64,000 bases of DNA from Octopus vulgaris (taxonomy: Eukaryota), in the NCBI GenBank assembly GCA_951406725.2, contig OX597838.1, forward strand, positions 25,420,001 to 25,484,000, written 5' to 3'. Every line of letters begins with the position of its first letter. Position 1 is the first letter of the stretch. Positions 14,333-27,045 of this stretch are shown here, piece by piece. The position numbers and the translations under genes are program-made. The notes below the pieces were generated by a model, which worked only from the letters and a program-made list of their open reading frames with translations, was not told the DNA's origin and searched no databases.

Positions 14333-14834
14333 AATGATCATCATCATTCACACCACTACAACTGAGAGGGAGGTTTTTATCTGGTCATTTGATCTGCTAG
14401 AATTTGCAGTGAAATCTCTCTCAAACCACATCATCATAACTTTCCCTATCCACTTTTCCATGTTTGCATGGGTCGCAGCAGATTTTCTATGGCTGGATAT
14501 TCTTCCGGTCACCAACCTTTACCTCTTCCAAGACATCTTGTAGAATATTCAAAAGGGATAACACTGTTTGTATGACAGTGATGATCACTTAGCTATCTTT
14601 TGGTTTGAAGGCAAGGAGATGCAAACATACATTACATGTGCATTGCTTTCTCTATTTTTTTCTCTCCTGTCTACTTTTTCAGAAGAAGAGTGTGTGCTTG
14701 AAACATAAAAAACTTTTCCTTTTGTTTCTTTCTACTTCCTGAGCATAAACCTAATATACTTTGTGGGTTTTTTTTACCTTGTTTCATGTTCTATAATTTT
14801 GTTTACACTGCATATATATATATATATATATAGT

Positions 14835-15125
14835 GGAAGACAAGTGTCTTCCACTATAACCTCAAGCTGACCAAAGCCTTGTGAGTGGATTTGGTAGATA
14901 GAAACTGAAGGAAGCTTGTCATATATGTGTGTGTGTGTGTGTATCCCCACTTGATAACCAGTGTTGGTTTGTTTATGTCCCCATAATTTAGTAGGTCAGC
15001 AAAAAAAAAGACCAAAAGAATAAGCAGTGAGCTTAAAAGAAAGATTAGTACTGGGGTCGACTCATTCAACTAAAAGTTCTTCAAGGCAGTGCCCCAGCAT
15101 GGCCACAGTCTAATGACTGAAAGAA
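14835..15125 (+). mobile_element. SINE family A, 5'-truncated
   Basis: Family motifs accaaagccttgtgagtggatttggtaga and ccagcatggccacagtc are present. Confidence 0.8.
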
Positions 15126-15899
15126 AAAAATCATCATCTTCAACATCAGTTAATGTCTGTCTTCCATGCATGATGAGTAGGATGGTTGACAGGGGCCGGC
15201 CAGGTAGAAGACTACCCCAGGCAACTGTGTCTGTTTTGGCAGGGTTTTATGACTGGATGCCCTTCCTAACACCAACCACTCTGCAGAAATTTTACTTTAC
15301 TTAAAAGCAGGTGAGGGTTGGCAACTGGAAGAGCATCCGGCTGTAGGGAATATACCTTGACATCTGACCTAAGTAGGTATAGGAAAGTGGATGTTAAAAT
15401 GATGATGATACAATGGTTTTTCACATGGGGTACAATAATACTGTTTGGACATGATAAAGGGTAGTGCCCTGGACAAAAAAAAAAACGTTTTAGAACCCTT
15501 GTAATTGAGTGTGAATTGATTGGCTATTTCTAGCAAATTGAGCAGTCTCATTGGGGCTCCCACATAGCTCCTGTATTTTATGATTGGGAGAGAAGCAGGG
15601 TAGTTTGGTGGCATTTGTGAGTTTGTAAAGTGTCTGGACCAATAAAGATAACAACAGCATCACCACCGCACCCCCTCTCCTTCCTTCCCTTGTAATATTT
15701 CAAAATATTTCCCTCTCATGATTTTTCATTAACGTTTTGCTCAAAATGGCTGCCATAATGGTTTCATTACACATTTTCACACACACACACACACACACAC
15801 ACATTTATTTATTTATTTTTCTATCTTCCATCTTCTTGGTTCATCTTCATTCTTTGATCTACCTTTCACTTTCTTGATTCTTTTATTTTTCTTTCATTT

Positions 15900-16630
15900 T
15901 TAAAAAAAAATCTGTTTTTGCATTGTTCTGATTTTTTTTCTTCTTTCCCACACTTGGCTCCTTCCTTCTCTCTTGCACCTTCCTTATCTCTCATTCCTTT
16001 CTTATCTCTAGCTCCTTCCTTTTCTCTTGGTCCTTCCCTCCCTCTTGTTCCTCTTATTTTTTCCTTCCCTTTCACTCCTTTCTTCCCTGTCACTCTTTTT
16101 ATTCTGTTGCTCCTTCCTTTCTTTTTGCTCCTTTCTTCCCTATTGCTCCTTCCTTCTCTCTCCCCTTCCTTCTCTTTCCCATTTCCTTCTCCCTCGCTCC
16201 TTCCTTCTCTCTTGCTCCTTCCTTCTGTCTTGCTCCTTCCTTCTGTCTTGCTCCTTCCTTCCCTCTCATTCCTTATTTCTCATTCCTTCCTTATCTCTAA
16301 CTCCTTCCTTTTCTTTTAGTCCTTCCCTCCCTCTTGTTTCTCTCATTTTTTCTTCTTTTTTGCTCTCTTGCTCCTTCCTTCCTCTACCCTTCCTTCTCTC
16401 TCTCCCCTTTCTTCTCTCTTGCTCCTTCCTTCCCTCTTGCTCCATCTTTCTCTTCTATTCCTTCCTTCCCAGTTGCTCTTCCTTTCTCACTCACTCCTTT
16501 CATTCCCACTCTTTCTTTCTCATTCCTTCACTCTTTTCCCTTCTTTTCCTCTTACTCATTCCTTCATCCCTTTATCCTTCCATCTGCATCATTCCTTCAA
16601 ACCGCCTTGTCTTCAATCCTTCATATTCCC
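15900..16630. repeat. Homopyrimidine (CT/CTT/CCTT)-rich tract
   Basis: Directly visible, with a recurring tcttgctccttccttc unit. Confidence 0.9.
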
Positions 16631-17436
16631 TTTAAGTAAATTATTAACATACTCTGTGTGTGTGTGTGTGTGTGTGAAAGAGAAAGAGTGTATATGTATG
16701 TCAGTTTGTGTGAATGAAAGAGAGTGTGTGTATGTATGTATGTGTGTGTATGTGTGATAGAACCTGATATAGAGGGGGAGGGGTGAAAGATAAAATCTGT
16801 TTATTGATTTAGGTTTTCGTACACAACTGATGTTTTACTGAGCACTGCAGCACCACCGCCACCACTACCAATGCCACAAGTACCATCACCACAACTTTCA
16901 ACACAGCTACTGATACCACCGTTACTACCACCAATACAGTTATCAATAGTAACATAGTTACCACTAATGCAGTTGGTGCTAGTACTACAGCCAAAACAAC
17001 TACCCCTTGTACCACCACCACTACCACCACACAGCTTTCAATACTAGCACAGTTACCACTACTACTACTACTACTATCACCACCAACACAGTTGCTGCTA
17101 GTACTACAGCCAAGACAACCACCTCTAGTACTTCTATCAGCAGCACCATCACTGTACTACAACATCAACAATTACCACTACCATTGCTATTATCAATACA
17201 TACCAGTGTCACTTTCATGACCACCACAATCTAAATAGCCACAAATAGCATAGCTGCCAACCACTGCCATCATCACCATCATAATTGCCACCACCACCAC
17301 CACCACCATCACCACCATCAACAATATGGAATGGCTATAAAAAAACCCATTCTATATTAGTTTGTTACCACATTTTTCTCTCTCGCTTTCTCTGTTTTGT
17401 AATTTCTATCTCTCTCTCCCCTTTGCACTCTCCATT

Positions 17437-17480
<44 letters not shown>

Positions 17481-18167
17481 ACTTCTTTGTCTGTCTCTCT
17501 CTCTCTCTGCCTTTCCATATCTCTCTTTCCATTTCACTGTCTCCATATCTCTCTCTTGCTATCTCTTTGCATCTCTCCCTCACACATCACTGTCTCTCAT
17601 ATCTCTCTCCCCTACATCTCTCTCTCTTATTCATCTATCTCTTTGTCATACATCACTCTCTCTCGTATCTCTCTCTCATACATCTCTCTTTCTCATACAT
17701 CTCTCTTTCTCATACATCTCTCTTTCTCATACATCTCTCTTTCTCATACATCTCTCTCTTCTCTCTGTTCCCTCCCCATCTCTCTCTATTCTTATCTCTC
17801 TCTCTCATTCACCATTTTCATCTTTCACAATTTTTTTAATGCCAAAATCTTATTTTATATTTCTTTGTTGTTGTTGTTAAAAGACCATTTGATGTTACTG
17901 TGTTAGTTTACAGCTATCTTTAAACACTCACTGCATCTACATACGCATACACACATTCACATACAAGCACACATGTACATACAAACATACACATATATAT
18001 ATACATACACACACACACACACATTTACAAACATACACATATACATACAAACCTACACACATACATAGATATTTACACATATATACAGGGCCACATAAAA
18101 ACAAGCAAGCATACATACATATATATACACACACATATGCACATATACACATGCATGCATGTATGTA

Positions 18168-18198
<31 letters not shown>

Positions 18199-18243
18199 GT
18201 ATGTATATATATATATATTTATATATATATATTATTTTCGTAA

Positions 18244-18285
<42 letters not shown>

Positions 18286-18883
18286 TGTATATATATATAG
18301 ATATACACACACACATACATACACACATGCGAATGATCACCCTAATTTTCATTTCATGCAGGCGTATTTATGCATAGACACAGATGCATGTGCAAATTTA
18401 TCTACACACGCCCATTTAATAATTTTCTTATCCAATACACACACACCCATACACACACACCCATACACACCCATGTGCACAAGTATGTGCGCACATGCAT
18501 CCATCAACACACACTTTTCTACCAACATACAAATGCTCACACCTATGTTAAAAAAAAATTTCCCTCCCACTACATTATACATACACACATACATACATAC
18601 ACATATACACACAGTATGAAGACTAATTCTCTATAATTTTCTAAAATCTTCATATTTCATTCCTTTAATTTCTTGACTAATTCAAAGTATCTTCATTGCT
18701 ATTACTATCACCATCATCACGAAAACTGCTACCCCCTCCACCACTACCACCATCATCAACATCATCAGCCTCATCATCATCATCAGTAACACCACCTCTG
18801 CCTATAATATTATTTCTGCTTTGGTCTGGTCAACATGTAACATTTTAAATATGGAACGCAATTTAAGACGTATATATATTGAA

Positions 18884-18939
<56 letters not shown>

Positions 18940-19164
18940 TATATGTATGCATGTAGAGATTAGTTATTGGATTCATTAGAATTTAGGCACATCAACATGA
19001 GGGATGCCAAAAATGGCAAGGTACAATAACATAGGGGTGACTGTGAGGTAAAACAACCATGAAGGTATCATATGTTGCTAGGATACTGTAAATATTTAAG
19101 TATCAAATCCTTATCTGAAGCTGGTTAGCATCATCAAGGTATTATCTCACCTGTTTGTACCAGT

Positions 19165-19259
19165 TTAAAATTTTACCTGAAGATGGTGGATTGTATGCTA
19201 TGATGTAATCTATGAATACATCAATAAAATCCTATCGAAACAGCTGTTGTAAATTTTAA
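19165..19259 (+). ncRNA. Candidate minimal type-I hammerhead ribozyme (Penelope-like-element type)
   Basis: Stem I is ttaaaa(t)tttac/gtaaattttaa. Core CTGAAGA is at 19177-19183. Stem II is ggtggatt/aatcc(t)atc. GAAA is at 19237-19240. Stem III is the palindrome acagctgt, with GTT cleavage triplet 19246-19248. Confidence 0.65.
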
Positions 19260-19319
19260 TCCCCATTATGTTCTTTATGTGTGTATGTATGTAATTATGT
19301 ATGCATGTACACACATGTA

Positions 19320-19361
<42 letters not shown>

Positions 19362-19362
19362 A

Positions 19363-19660
19363 CATCATCATCACCGTTTAACGTCCGTTCTCCATGCTAG
19401 CATGGGTTGGACGGTTCGACCGGGGATCTGGGAAGCCAGAAGGCTGCACCAGGCTCCAGTCCGATCTGGGAGTGTTTCTACAGCTGGATGCCCTTCCTAA
19501 CACCAACCACTCCGTGAGTGTTTCGGGTGCTTTTTACGTGCCAGACGTGTCTGGCAGTGGCCATGATCGGATTGGTGCTTTTTACGTGCCACCGGCACAG
19601 AAGCCAGTCGAGGCGGCGCTGGCATCGGCCACGTTCAGATGGTGCTTTTTACGTGCCACA
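19363..19660 (-). mobile_element. SINE family C, with an aggaagggcatccagc motif and (GAT)n tail
   Basis: catcatcatc..tttaacgtccg.t.tccatgctagcatgggttggacgg...gctggatgcccttcctaa is nearly identical to 41215-41400. Confidence 0.85.
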
Positions 19661-19944
19661 CATATATATATATTAGATTAGAGGTTCTTCTCAAGCCATA
19701 GGCTCATAAGGCCAATTTCCTGGATTCTGTGGTCTATATATTTCCCCTAGATGGGACTCCAGTCTGTTGTAGGATTTACTCATTTTTGCCAGCTGAGAAA
19801 ACTGGAAGCAACATCAAATGAAGTGTTTTGCTCAAGAACACAATGCAGTGCTCAGTTCAGGAATTGAAACCACAGTCATATGATCACGAGTGTAACACCC
19901 TAATCACTAAGCCATGTGCCTCAACACATGCACACATACATATA

Positions 19945-20306
19945 CAGGCGTGGCTCTGTGGTTGAAAAGCTTACTCACTGTGTGATACCTTGGGAAAGTG
20001 TCTACAACTATAGCCTTGGGCTGATGAAAGCCTCTTGAGTGGATTTGGAAGATAGAAACTGAAAGAAGTCCATTATATATATATATATATATATATGTGC
20101 CTGTGTTTGTCCCCCAATCTGACTTGACAACCAGCGCTGGTTTGTTTATGTCCCCCATAACTTAGCAAATCAGCGAAACGATTGAGAGAAGAATTTGCAG
20201 GCTTGAAAAGAAGACAAGTTCTGGTGTGAATTTGTTGACTAAACTCCCCAAAGCAGAGCCTCATGGCTACAGTCTAATGGCTTGAACAAATAATAGATAA
20301 AAGTAA

Positions 20307-20309
<3 letters not shown>
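19945..20309 (+). mobile_element. SINE family A copy
   Basis: Runs from the head caggcgtggctctgtggtt to the tail gaacaaataatagataaaag. Confidence 0.8.
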
Positions 20310-20344
<35 letters not shown>

Positions 20345-20345
<1 letters not shown>

Positions 20346-20694
20346 CTTTTTTTTTATTTGTTTCAGTCATTTGACTGTAGCCATGCTGGAGCACCGCCTT
20401 TAGTCGAACAAATCAACCCCAGGACTTATTTTTTGTAAGCCTAGTACTTGTTCTATTGGTCTACTAGGTTACGGGGACATAAACACACCAGCATCGATTA
20501 CCAAGCGATGTTGGCGGGGACAAATACACACATACACACACATATGCATACACGATGGGCTTCTTTCAGTTTCACAAGCCTTTGGTTGGCCCGAGGCTAT
20601 AGTAGAAGACACTTGCCCAAGATGCCACACAGTGGGACTGAACCCAGAACCATGTGGTAAGCAAGCTACTTACTACACAGCCATTCCTGCACCT
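20345..20694 (-). mobile_element. SINE family A copy, inverted
   Basis: Runs from tttgtttcagtcatttgactg to tactacacagccattcctgcacct. Confidence 0.85.
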
Positions 20695-20874
20695 ATATAT
20701 ATATATATATATATGATGATGATGATAATAGTTCAAATTTATAGAAAAACAAAAGATGAAGACAAGTGTAGGAACAACAAGTAAGTTTAACGCTTGGGAA
20801 GATGGAAAAGTCTTTTACGTTTTGAGCCTATGATCTTTGACAGAAAGGAAGAAAGGAAATATATATATATATGT

Positions 20875-21222
20875 AGGCACAGGTGTGGTAGTGTGGTAAG
20901 AAGTTTGCTTCTCAACCACATGGTTCAGGGTTCAGTCCCACTGCATGGCACCTTGAGCTGACCAAATCTTTGTGAATGGATTTAACTGTTGGAAACTGAA
21001 AGAAGCTCAATACGTACATATATGTGTGTGTGTGCATGTGTGTATTTCTGTCTGTTCCTCCCCTCCACTTGACAACTGGTGTTTGTGTCCCTGTAACTTA
21101 GTGGTTCAGCAAAAGTGACTGATAAAATAAGTTCCAGGTTTTAAAAAAAAGCACTAGGACCGCTTTGTTTGACTAGAATTCTTCAAGGTGGTGCCCCCAC
21201 ATGGCCACAGTCTAATGGCTAG
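20875..21222 (+). mobile_element. SINE family A copy
   Basis: Runs from ggcacaggtgtggtagtgtggtaagaag to atggccacagtctaatgg. Confidence 0.85.
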
Positions 21223-21880
21223 AAAATTCCTTTAGTGTTGACTGTCAAAATTCCTCGTATCAAAACTCTCTGATCATAACTTGTCTGATGACCCTGAGAA
21301 CCCACAAAGTTGTAAGAGATTGATTCAACCAATATAAAGATAATGTGTGTGTGTGTGCGTGTGATTTGTAACACAATTAACCATTAATGAAGGATATGTG
21401 TATATTGTGTCTTTGATTTTGTTCTATAGTTTATATGGCATTTATATTATTCATAAGACAATTAACTGAGAGCTAAATATTTGAAGTTAAGTATGTGTGG
21501 GTGTATGTATGTTATGTGCTTGTATAATATTGTAACATATATATATATATATATATATACATATATATATCTGTATATATAATTTCAATACTATGCAAAT
21601 AATTCACGAAAAAATAACTTGCGAACATATCATTGACTCTGTCATTATCTAGTGTAACAATTAAAAATGATAACAGAATCAATAATATAGGCTATTGCAG
21701 GCCCCCAAAAGGCATTAAATAGCTGAAAGATTAAAATTAATCAAAGGACATATTGCTGGAAATAACAGTCAAAACTCTTATTTAAATTGCCAAAATACAT
21801 TGATAATAACCACAAAAACCAACCATCCAAAGGCAAAGCGGCTATGCCAATCTCTCAGCATACATTCAAGTATTTGGACT

Positions 21881-21933
21881 CACATGGACCGGTTTCTACA
21901 CTGGCATAATAGCCTCAACTTCCTCAGCATGCG
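21881..21933 (-). ncRNA. Candidate minimal hammerhead ribozyme, antisense to syntaxin
   Basis: The minus strand reads cgcatg CTGAGGA agttgaggctattatgccagtgta GAAA ccgg TC catgtg. It has a 6-bp stem I, intact core, palindromic accggt stem III and a GTC triplet. Stem II is weak. Confidence 0.55.
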
Positions 21934-21941
21934 TTACCATG

Positions 21942-22008
<67 letters not shown>

Positions 22009-22234
22009 GGAGAATTCACAAAAAATCAAAAGATGAAGATAGGTGGTGTAGATAACAAACAGATGTATAAGTATAACGCTTGGGAAGTGAAAAGGTCATT
22101 AATGTTTCGAGCCTACACTCTTCCACAGAATGGAACACAGTCAAAACTCTTATTTAAATTGAGAGAAAATACATTGATAATAACCACATGAAAGTGGCAC
22201 TCAACCACATTTGATAGGAGTCACACATATTATT

Positions 22235-22880
22235 TGTGGTGTTGAGTCAAAAGTTTCGCAATGTCTTGTTAACTTATTTGTTTTATTTATCAAGTCTCAA
22301 CAAAAGCAGCCTAGCATTCAAAGTAGAGGCCATCGTGTTGCTTTGTCTGGCATTCAAAGTAGAGACCATCGTGTTGCTTTGTCTGAAGCCACATTTCTGC
22401 CAGTTCTTTGATTCTACACTGTTACCAGTTCTTGTCGTCTGAGGCAAGGAACTCCTTCACCGAACCTTCTATCTTCTCTTGGTTGATGAAGCACAAAGTG
22501 AGTCATGGCTCAGAACAAGTAATATTCCAATATTTTCCGCAATCCTAATGGGCATGGGCATAAGCAGTGGTCAAGCAAGGGCCAGCTTCCAGAATCTTGT
22601 CACCAAACAGGTGTTTCCAAGACAAGGTGATGCTCTGCATCTGGTGGAATTATGAGGAGCTAATTTACTGTGAGTTTGTTCTGGATTGGTCAAACCACCA
22701 GTGCCAACCTGTACTCTAAAGAACTGGAGTGGATGTATGCCATTGCGCAGCAAAAACACCTGGCAAGACCTCATGCTGCTCAGACAGCCTGGAATAAATT
22801 CCCAGAACAAGTAATAATGAGAGGGAGCCAGGTCTAGACTATATGCTGAGTGTGGCATCAGGTCAATTCCATCAAGTTCC
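22235..22880 (-). mobile_element. Rearranged, decayed mariner (DD34D-type) transposon
   Basis: The minus strand gives MPHSAYSLDLAPSHYYLF (YSPDLAPSD motif) and the C-terminus EKIEGSVKEFLASDDKNW*QCRIKELAEMWLQTKQHDGLYFE. The plus strand at about 22625-22760 gives KVMLCIWWNYEELIYCEF and GQTTSANLYSKEL. Confidence 0.85.
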
Positions 22881-24001
22881 TGGTGTTAGGATGTTGTAGT
22901 TTTTTGGGGTGTTATAAATGTGTCTGGATTGGGTAGAAGAAATAGTGTTGATAGGCTGGTTTTATAGTAGTGTTTTGAGGTTGTGTTGTGGATGTGTCTG
23001 GAGTAAATGCCATCCCTTTAAATGCAGAGTTCAAATCCCACCAAAGTCATTTTTTTTCCCTTTGGTTGTTTCATCCTTTCGGCATAGGGGTTGAGATAGG
23101 AACAGAAGACTTTCAAGTCAATCAGAGCGAATCTGTTTCTTCTGCAAATACATAAATATGTTATTGATGTTAGAAAACCTTTTTGTTGTAAAGAACTGGT
23201 TGAGTAACAAAATAAATACCCTCTGATATTTTTGTTGATGTGTCATGTCCTGTTCTGAATTTAAAATCCTGTTGAGGATGACTTTGTCTTTCATAGTCCT
23301 TTTGGGGGGTTTTGATACAGTACCAGTCAAATACTGGTGGGTGTCAGTTTTTATTTATTGACCGTTCCTTTCTCTCTTCTCCAAATTCATGTCATGCCAA
23401 TGTTAGAAACTCAAATCTGTCCTCCTCCCCCTCCCTCTCCTCCTTCCCTCCATCTCCCCCTCAATCCCCTCCTCCTCCTCCTCCCTAACCTTAATTCTTT
23501 ATCCAAATAAATGATTTATTAATCCATAATCCTTGATGTTTTGTCCCTAGTTTCAACTGTTGCAACTGATAGTGATGATTTATGATGATGGTGGTGGTGG
23601 TGGTGGTAATGGTATGTTTACCCCCCCCCCGATAGTGCCGTTGCTGTTGTTAAATAAACAAGGGTGGGGTGGTATATGTCTAGATTAACTGACCCAAATA
23701 GTTCAAACTCTATCTTTCCAACCCACTCCCTGGACAACCCTTGGACTTACACCACTCTTGTCTTTTCTAACATTCCTCTCTATCATACTATTTATAGATA
23801 GCCACACATGCACACACACACACATGAACACACACACACACACACACTTGTATTCACATTCATAGTTCCTGTATGTACAGACACAACATTTACACACACA
23901 CACACACACACACAGAACAACAAAGCAATTGGAAAATAATTCTAGATGGTTTTTATTTTCTGGATTGCTTTGATCTTCACGCTCTTTTCCTCTCATGTAT
24001 A

Positions 24002-24058
<57 letters not shown>

Positions 24059-24955
24059 ATAGTATTTTTTATTGTTTTTTTTATGGTTTAGTTTAGGAGG
24101 AAGAAGAGCAGCACCCAAGACTATTTCCAGAGCCTCCAAAATTGGTGAAAGAAAGCTACCCACAGACTGGGGATGTGGCCCAAATACTCGACAGGCAATG
24201 GCCCCTACTAAATGCACCCAAGGCCAGCCATATGCGGGTGTTAAACGGGATAGCAAATTATATCTACCATACAAGAACAGGAATGCTCCTTGTGCCAGGC
24301 CTCCATACAGTTTCTGACCACCAGATTTCACTAACATGAAACCGCTGTGAAAGAAGTGGGAGACACCAGCCAATAGTGATGTGTGGTTGGATTGAACTTG
24401 AAGCTTATTTAGTTCTGAAGCAAACTCCCTAACCACACAGCCATACTTGTGGCCATTGCAGGTATAAGTCTATTTATATGCTTGTGCCGCTGCTTTGATG
24501 TGGATCAGTCATGGACAAACTGTGGCCCATGGAACTTTCTAAATGGCAAGCCTTAAGAAAAATAACCGTGAATGTCTTTATAGTAATGCAGTTCACCCAA
24601 TGATGAACCATGTCTCATGCTGCTCACTTGATGATGAGGCATGTCTCTTATTGATGATGGTTGCCTATGCTTGATGTAGATTAGTGGTTTACAACTATTT
24701 TTTTGCCTATGGACCCCTTTGATTCATATTTTACTCAACAGGCCCCTTCCCTCCCCCTAGCTATTCAATGTTTAAAAAAAAATCTTGTTGTGCTGCTGCT
24801 TTGATGTAGATCAGTTACGGACAAACTGTAGCCCATGGGACTTTTTGAGTGGCGAGCCTGAAGAAAAATTACCTCGAATTTCTCTATAGTAGTGCAGCCT
24901 ACCTGATGATGATCCATGTCTCATGTGGCTCACTTCTTGATAATGGGTTGCCTGT

Positions 24956-25267
24956 TTTTTTTTTTTATGTGCCCTTTTCAAGTCTAGTCAGGCTCATGGG
25001 CCCGGTTTCCCGGTTTCTATGGCGTATGTGTTCCCCCCAGCTGGATGGGATGCCAGTCCATTGCAGCGTTACTCAAGAAACAGGAAGAAAGAGTGAGAGC
25101 AAGTTGGGGTGAAAGAGTACAACAGGGCTCGCCACCACCCCTGCCGGAGCCTCGTGGCACTTTAGGTGTTTTCGCTCAATAAACGCACACAACACCCAGT
25201 CTGGGAATCAAAACTGCGATCCTCCGACTACGAGTCTGCTGCCCTAACCACTGGGTTATTGCGCCTC
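24956..25267 (-). mobile_element. tRNA-derived SINE family D, near full length
   Basis: Reverse complement of 14020-14332, with a poly-T at the left end and imperfect flanking repeats ggttgcctg/ggtagcctg. Confidence 0.85.
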
Positions 25268-25292
25268 AACGGTAGCCTGTGCTTGCTACATA

Positions 25293-25538
25293 TTAGTGAT
25301 TCTCATCCATTTTTTACCTATGAACCCCACCTTGATTTCTGGACCGTCATAATCATTTGATGTTTAAAAAAGTCATATTATATTTTTAAAATTAAATATT
25401 ATTAGGAATCATATAAAAAATTTTTTTAAATATTTTGTGTATTGTAGATGTATAACCAGTTTAGTGCACATAAAATTTGAGCAACAAAATCTTATGTGGA
25501 TCCCCAAGGGTCATATAGATTCCTATTGTGAACCACTG
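25293..25538. mobile_element. hAT/Charlie-like MITE
   Basis: Ends tagtgattctca... and ...tgtgaaccactg resemble cagtggttctca/tgagaaccactg hAT termini. Confidence 0.55.
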
Positions 25539-26814
25539 ATGTAGATATTCAGGTTCAAGGTTTACATACTATCAAACCAGTTGACTACAGACAGATAATT
25601 TAGTTTCATTATCAGAGAACCCTAACTCAAAACCTTGTATTCAATGAGTAACATGGAAATGTGTTGACTGAGGGCATTTATACATTAATTAATTAAAACG
25701 TGGTGGAAGGACCCAGAGTGGTTTTTTTTTCTTTGAGATTTTTTTGGAATAAAAGTGTCTTATAATAATAACAATAATGAACTTGTTGTATATAGTGCTC
25801 GGGTGCACTGCAATTTATCAGAAAAAGTGGTCAAAACTGCATCAACAATACTCAGAATATGTACAAGAAGTGAATAGTGAAAAAGGTCTTTAAAAAAAAA
25901 GGGGAAGAAAATGAAAGTGGGGTAGGGGCAAGGTGAATTTCAAGAAGCATGGAAGTTTTGAAGGGTGTAGTGTCTCAGCTGCTAACAACTGATGCAGGTA
26001 GTTTATTTCCATGGTTGAGCAATTCTGACTGTGAAAAACATGTTTGCAAAAGTCATGGGTGCTGTGTTGTTTTTTTATTTTTTTATTTTGTAAGCATGTC
26101 CACAAGTGTTAGCCAAAGGGAGCACTTGTAATGCCATCAAATATGGCATCTTTCCATTCGAGGAGGTTTGGACTTCTGTCGGTTGTTATTCATTATGACA
26201 CTAAACACACCCAAGCTACACACACACACACATACACAGCCCTCCCTTGTCTTTCATGGTGTTGACAGTTCTGTCGACTTGTGGTTTATCGAAATCCAAC
26301 CTTTGCTTCACTCCACTGCACTGATCAATCGAGAATGTCATTGCAGGAGTTTGACCAGCAGTGTGCACCATGGTGCATTTAATTAGGTTTCCATTTCATC
26401 CACTTCACTGAACTGCATGGCACTGTTGCACTTATCTGCAAATATTTTATGCAATGTGGCATTTCATGCATCATATTTCAATTTCGGTTTGTGTACTCTT
26501 CTACATATGTATGTGTGCATGTATGTATACACATGTATATATATGTGTATATGTGTGTATATGGCATAACAACAGCAACAACAAAGACTGTTGTATGTAG
26601 CAGTTGATGAAGGACCACAGCAGGTGGTGAGACGCTGTGCTAGAACAGATCTGCGTAGCTCATACCAGTACAGGGGAGCTGTAATGTTCATGCAATTGAA
26701 ATATGTGAAATAACTAAGGCTTTTTTTGGCACTAAGCTTAGTCTAAGTAGAGCTAGAAATTAAATGTGGTTTGCTAACATAAATCTCCAAGAACTCACCA
26801 CCTATGCTATACCT

Positions 26815-27045
26815 ATTTCTTTACTACCCACTAGGGGCTAAACACAGAGAGGACAAACAAGGACAGACAAACCGATTAAGTCGATTATATCGACCCCAGT
26901 GCGTAACTGGTACTTATTTAATCAACCCCAAAAGGATGGAAGGCAAAGTCGACCTCGACGGAATTTGAACTCGGAACATAGTGGCAGACGAAATACTGCT
27001 AAGCATCTCGTCCGGTGTGCTAACGTTTCTGCCAGCTTGCCGCCT
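26815..27045 (-). mobile_element. SINE family B copy
   Basis: Contains gaccccagtgcgtaactggtact and ggcaaagtcgacctcgacggaatttgaactc. Confidence 0.85.

Noticed and set aside
15740-15760. YY1-like motif aaaatggctgcc as a promoter
   Set aside because: It is a single short motif deep in an intron, with no other support.
21280-21325. CTGATGA motif as a hammerhead core (also the minus-strand CTGATGA near 4969-4975 and the one at 358-364)
   Set aside because: No properly placed GAAA, stem II or stem I partner follows.
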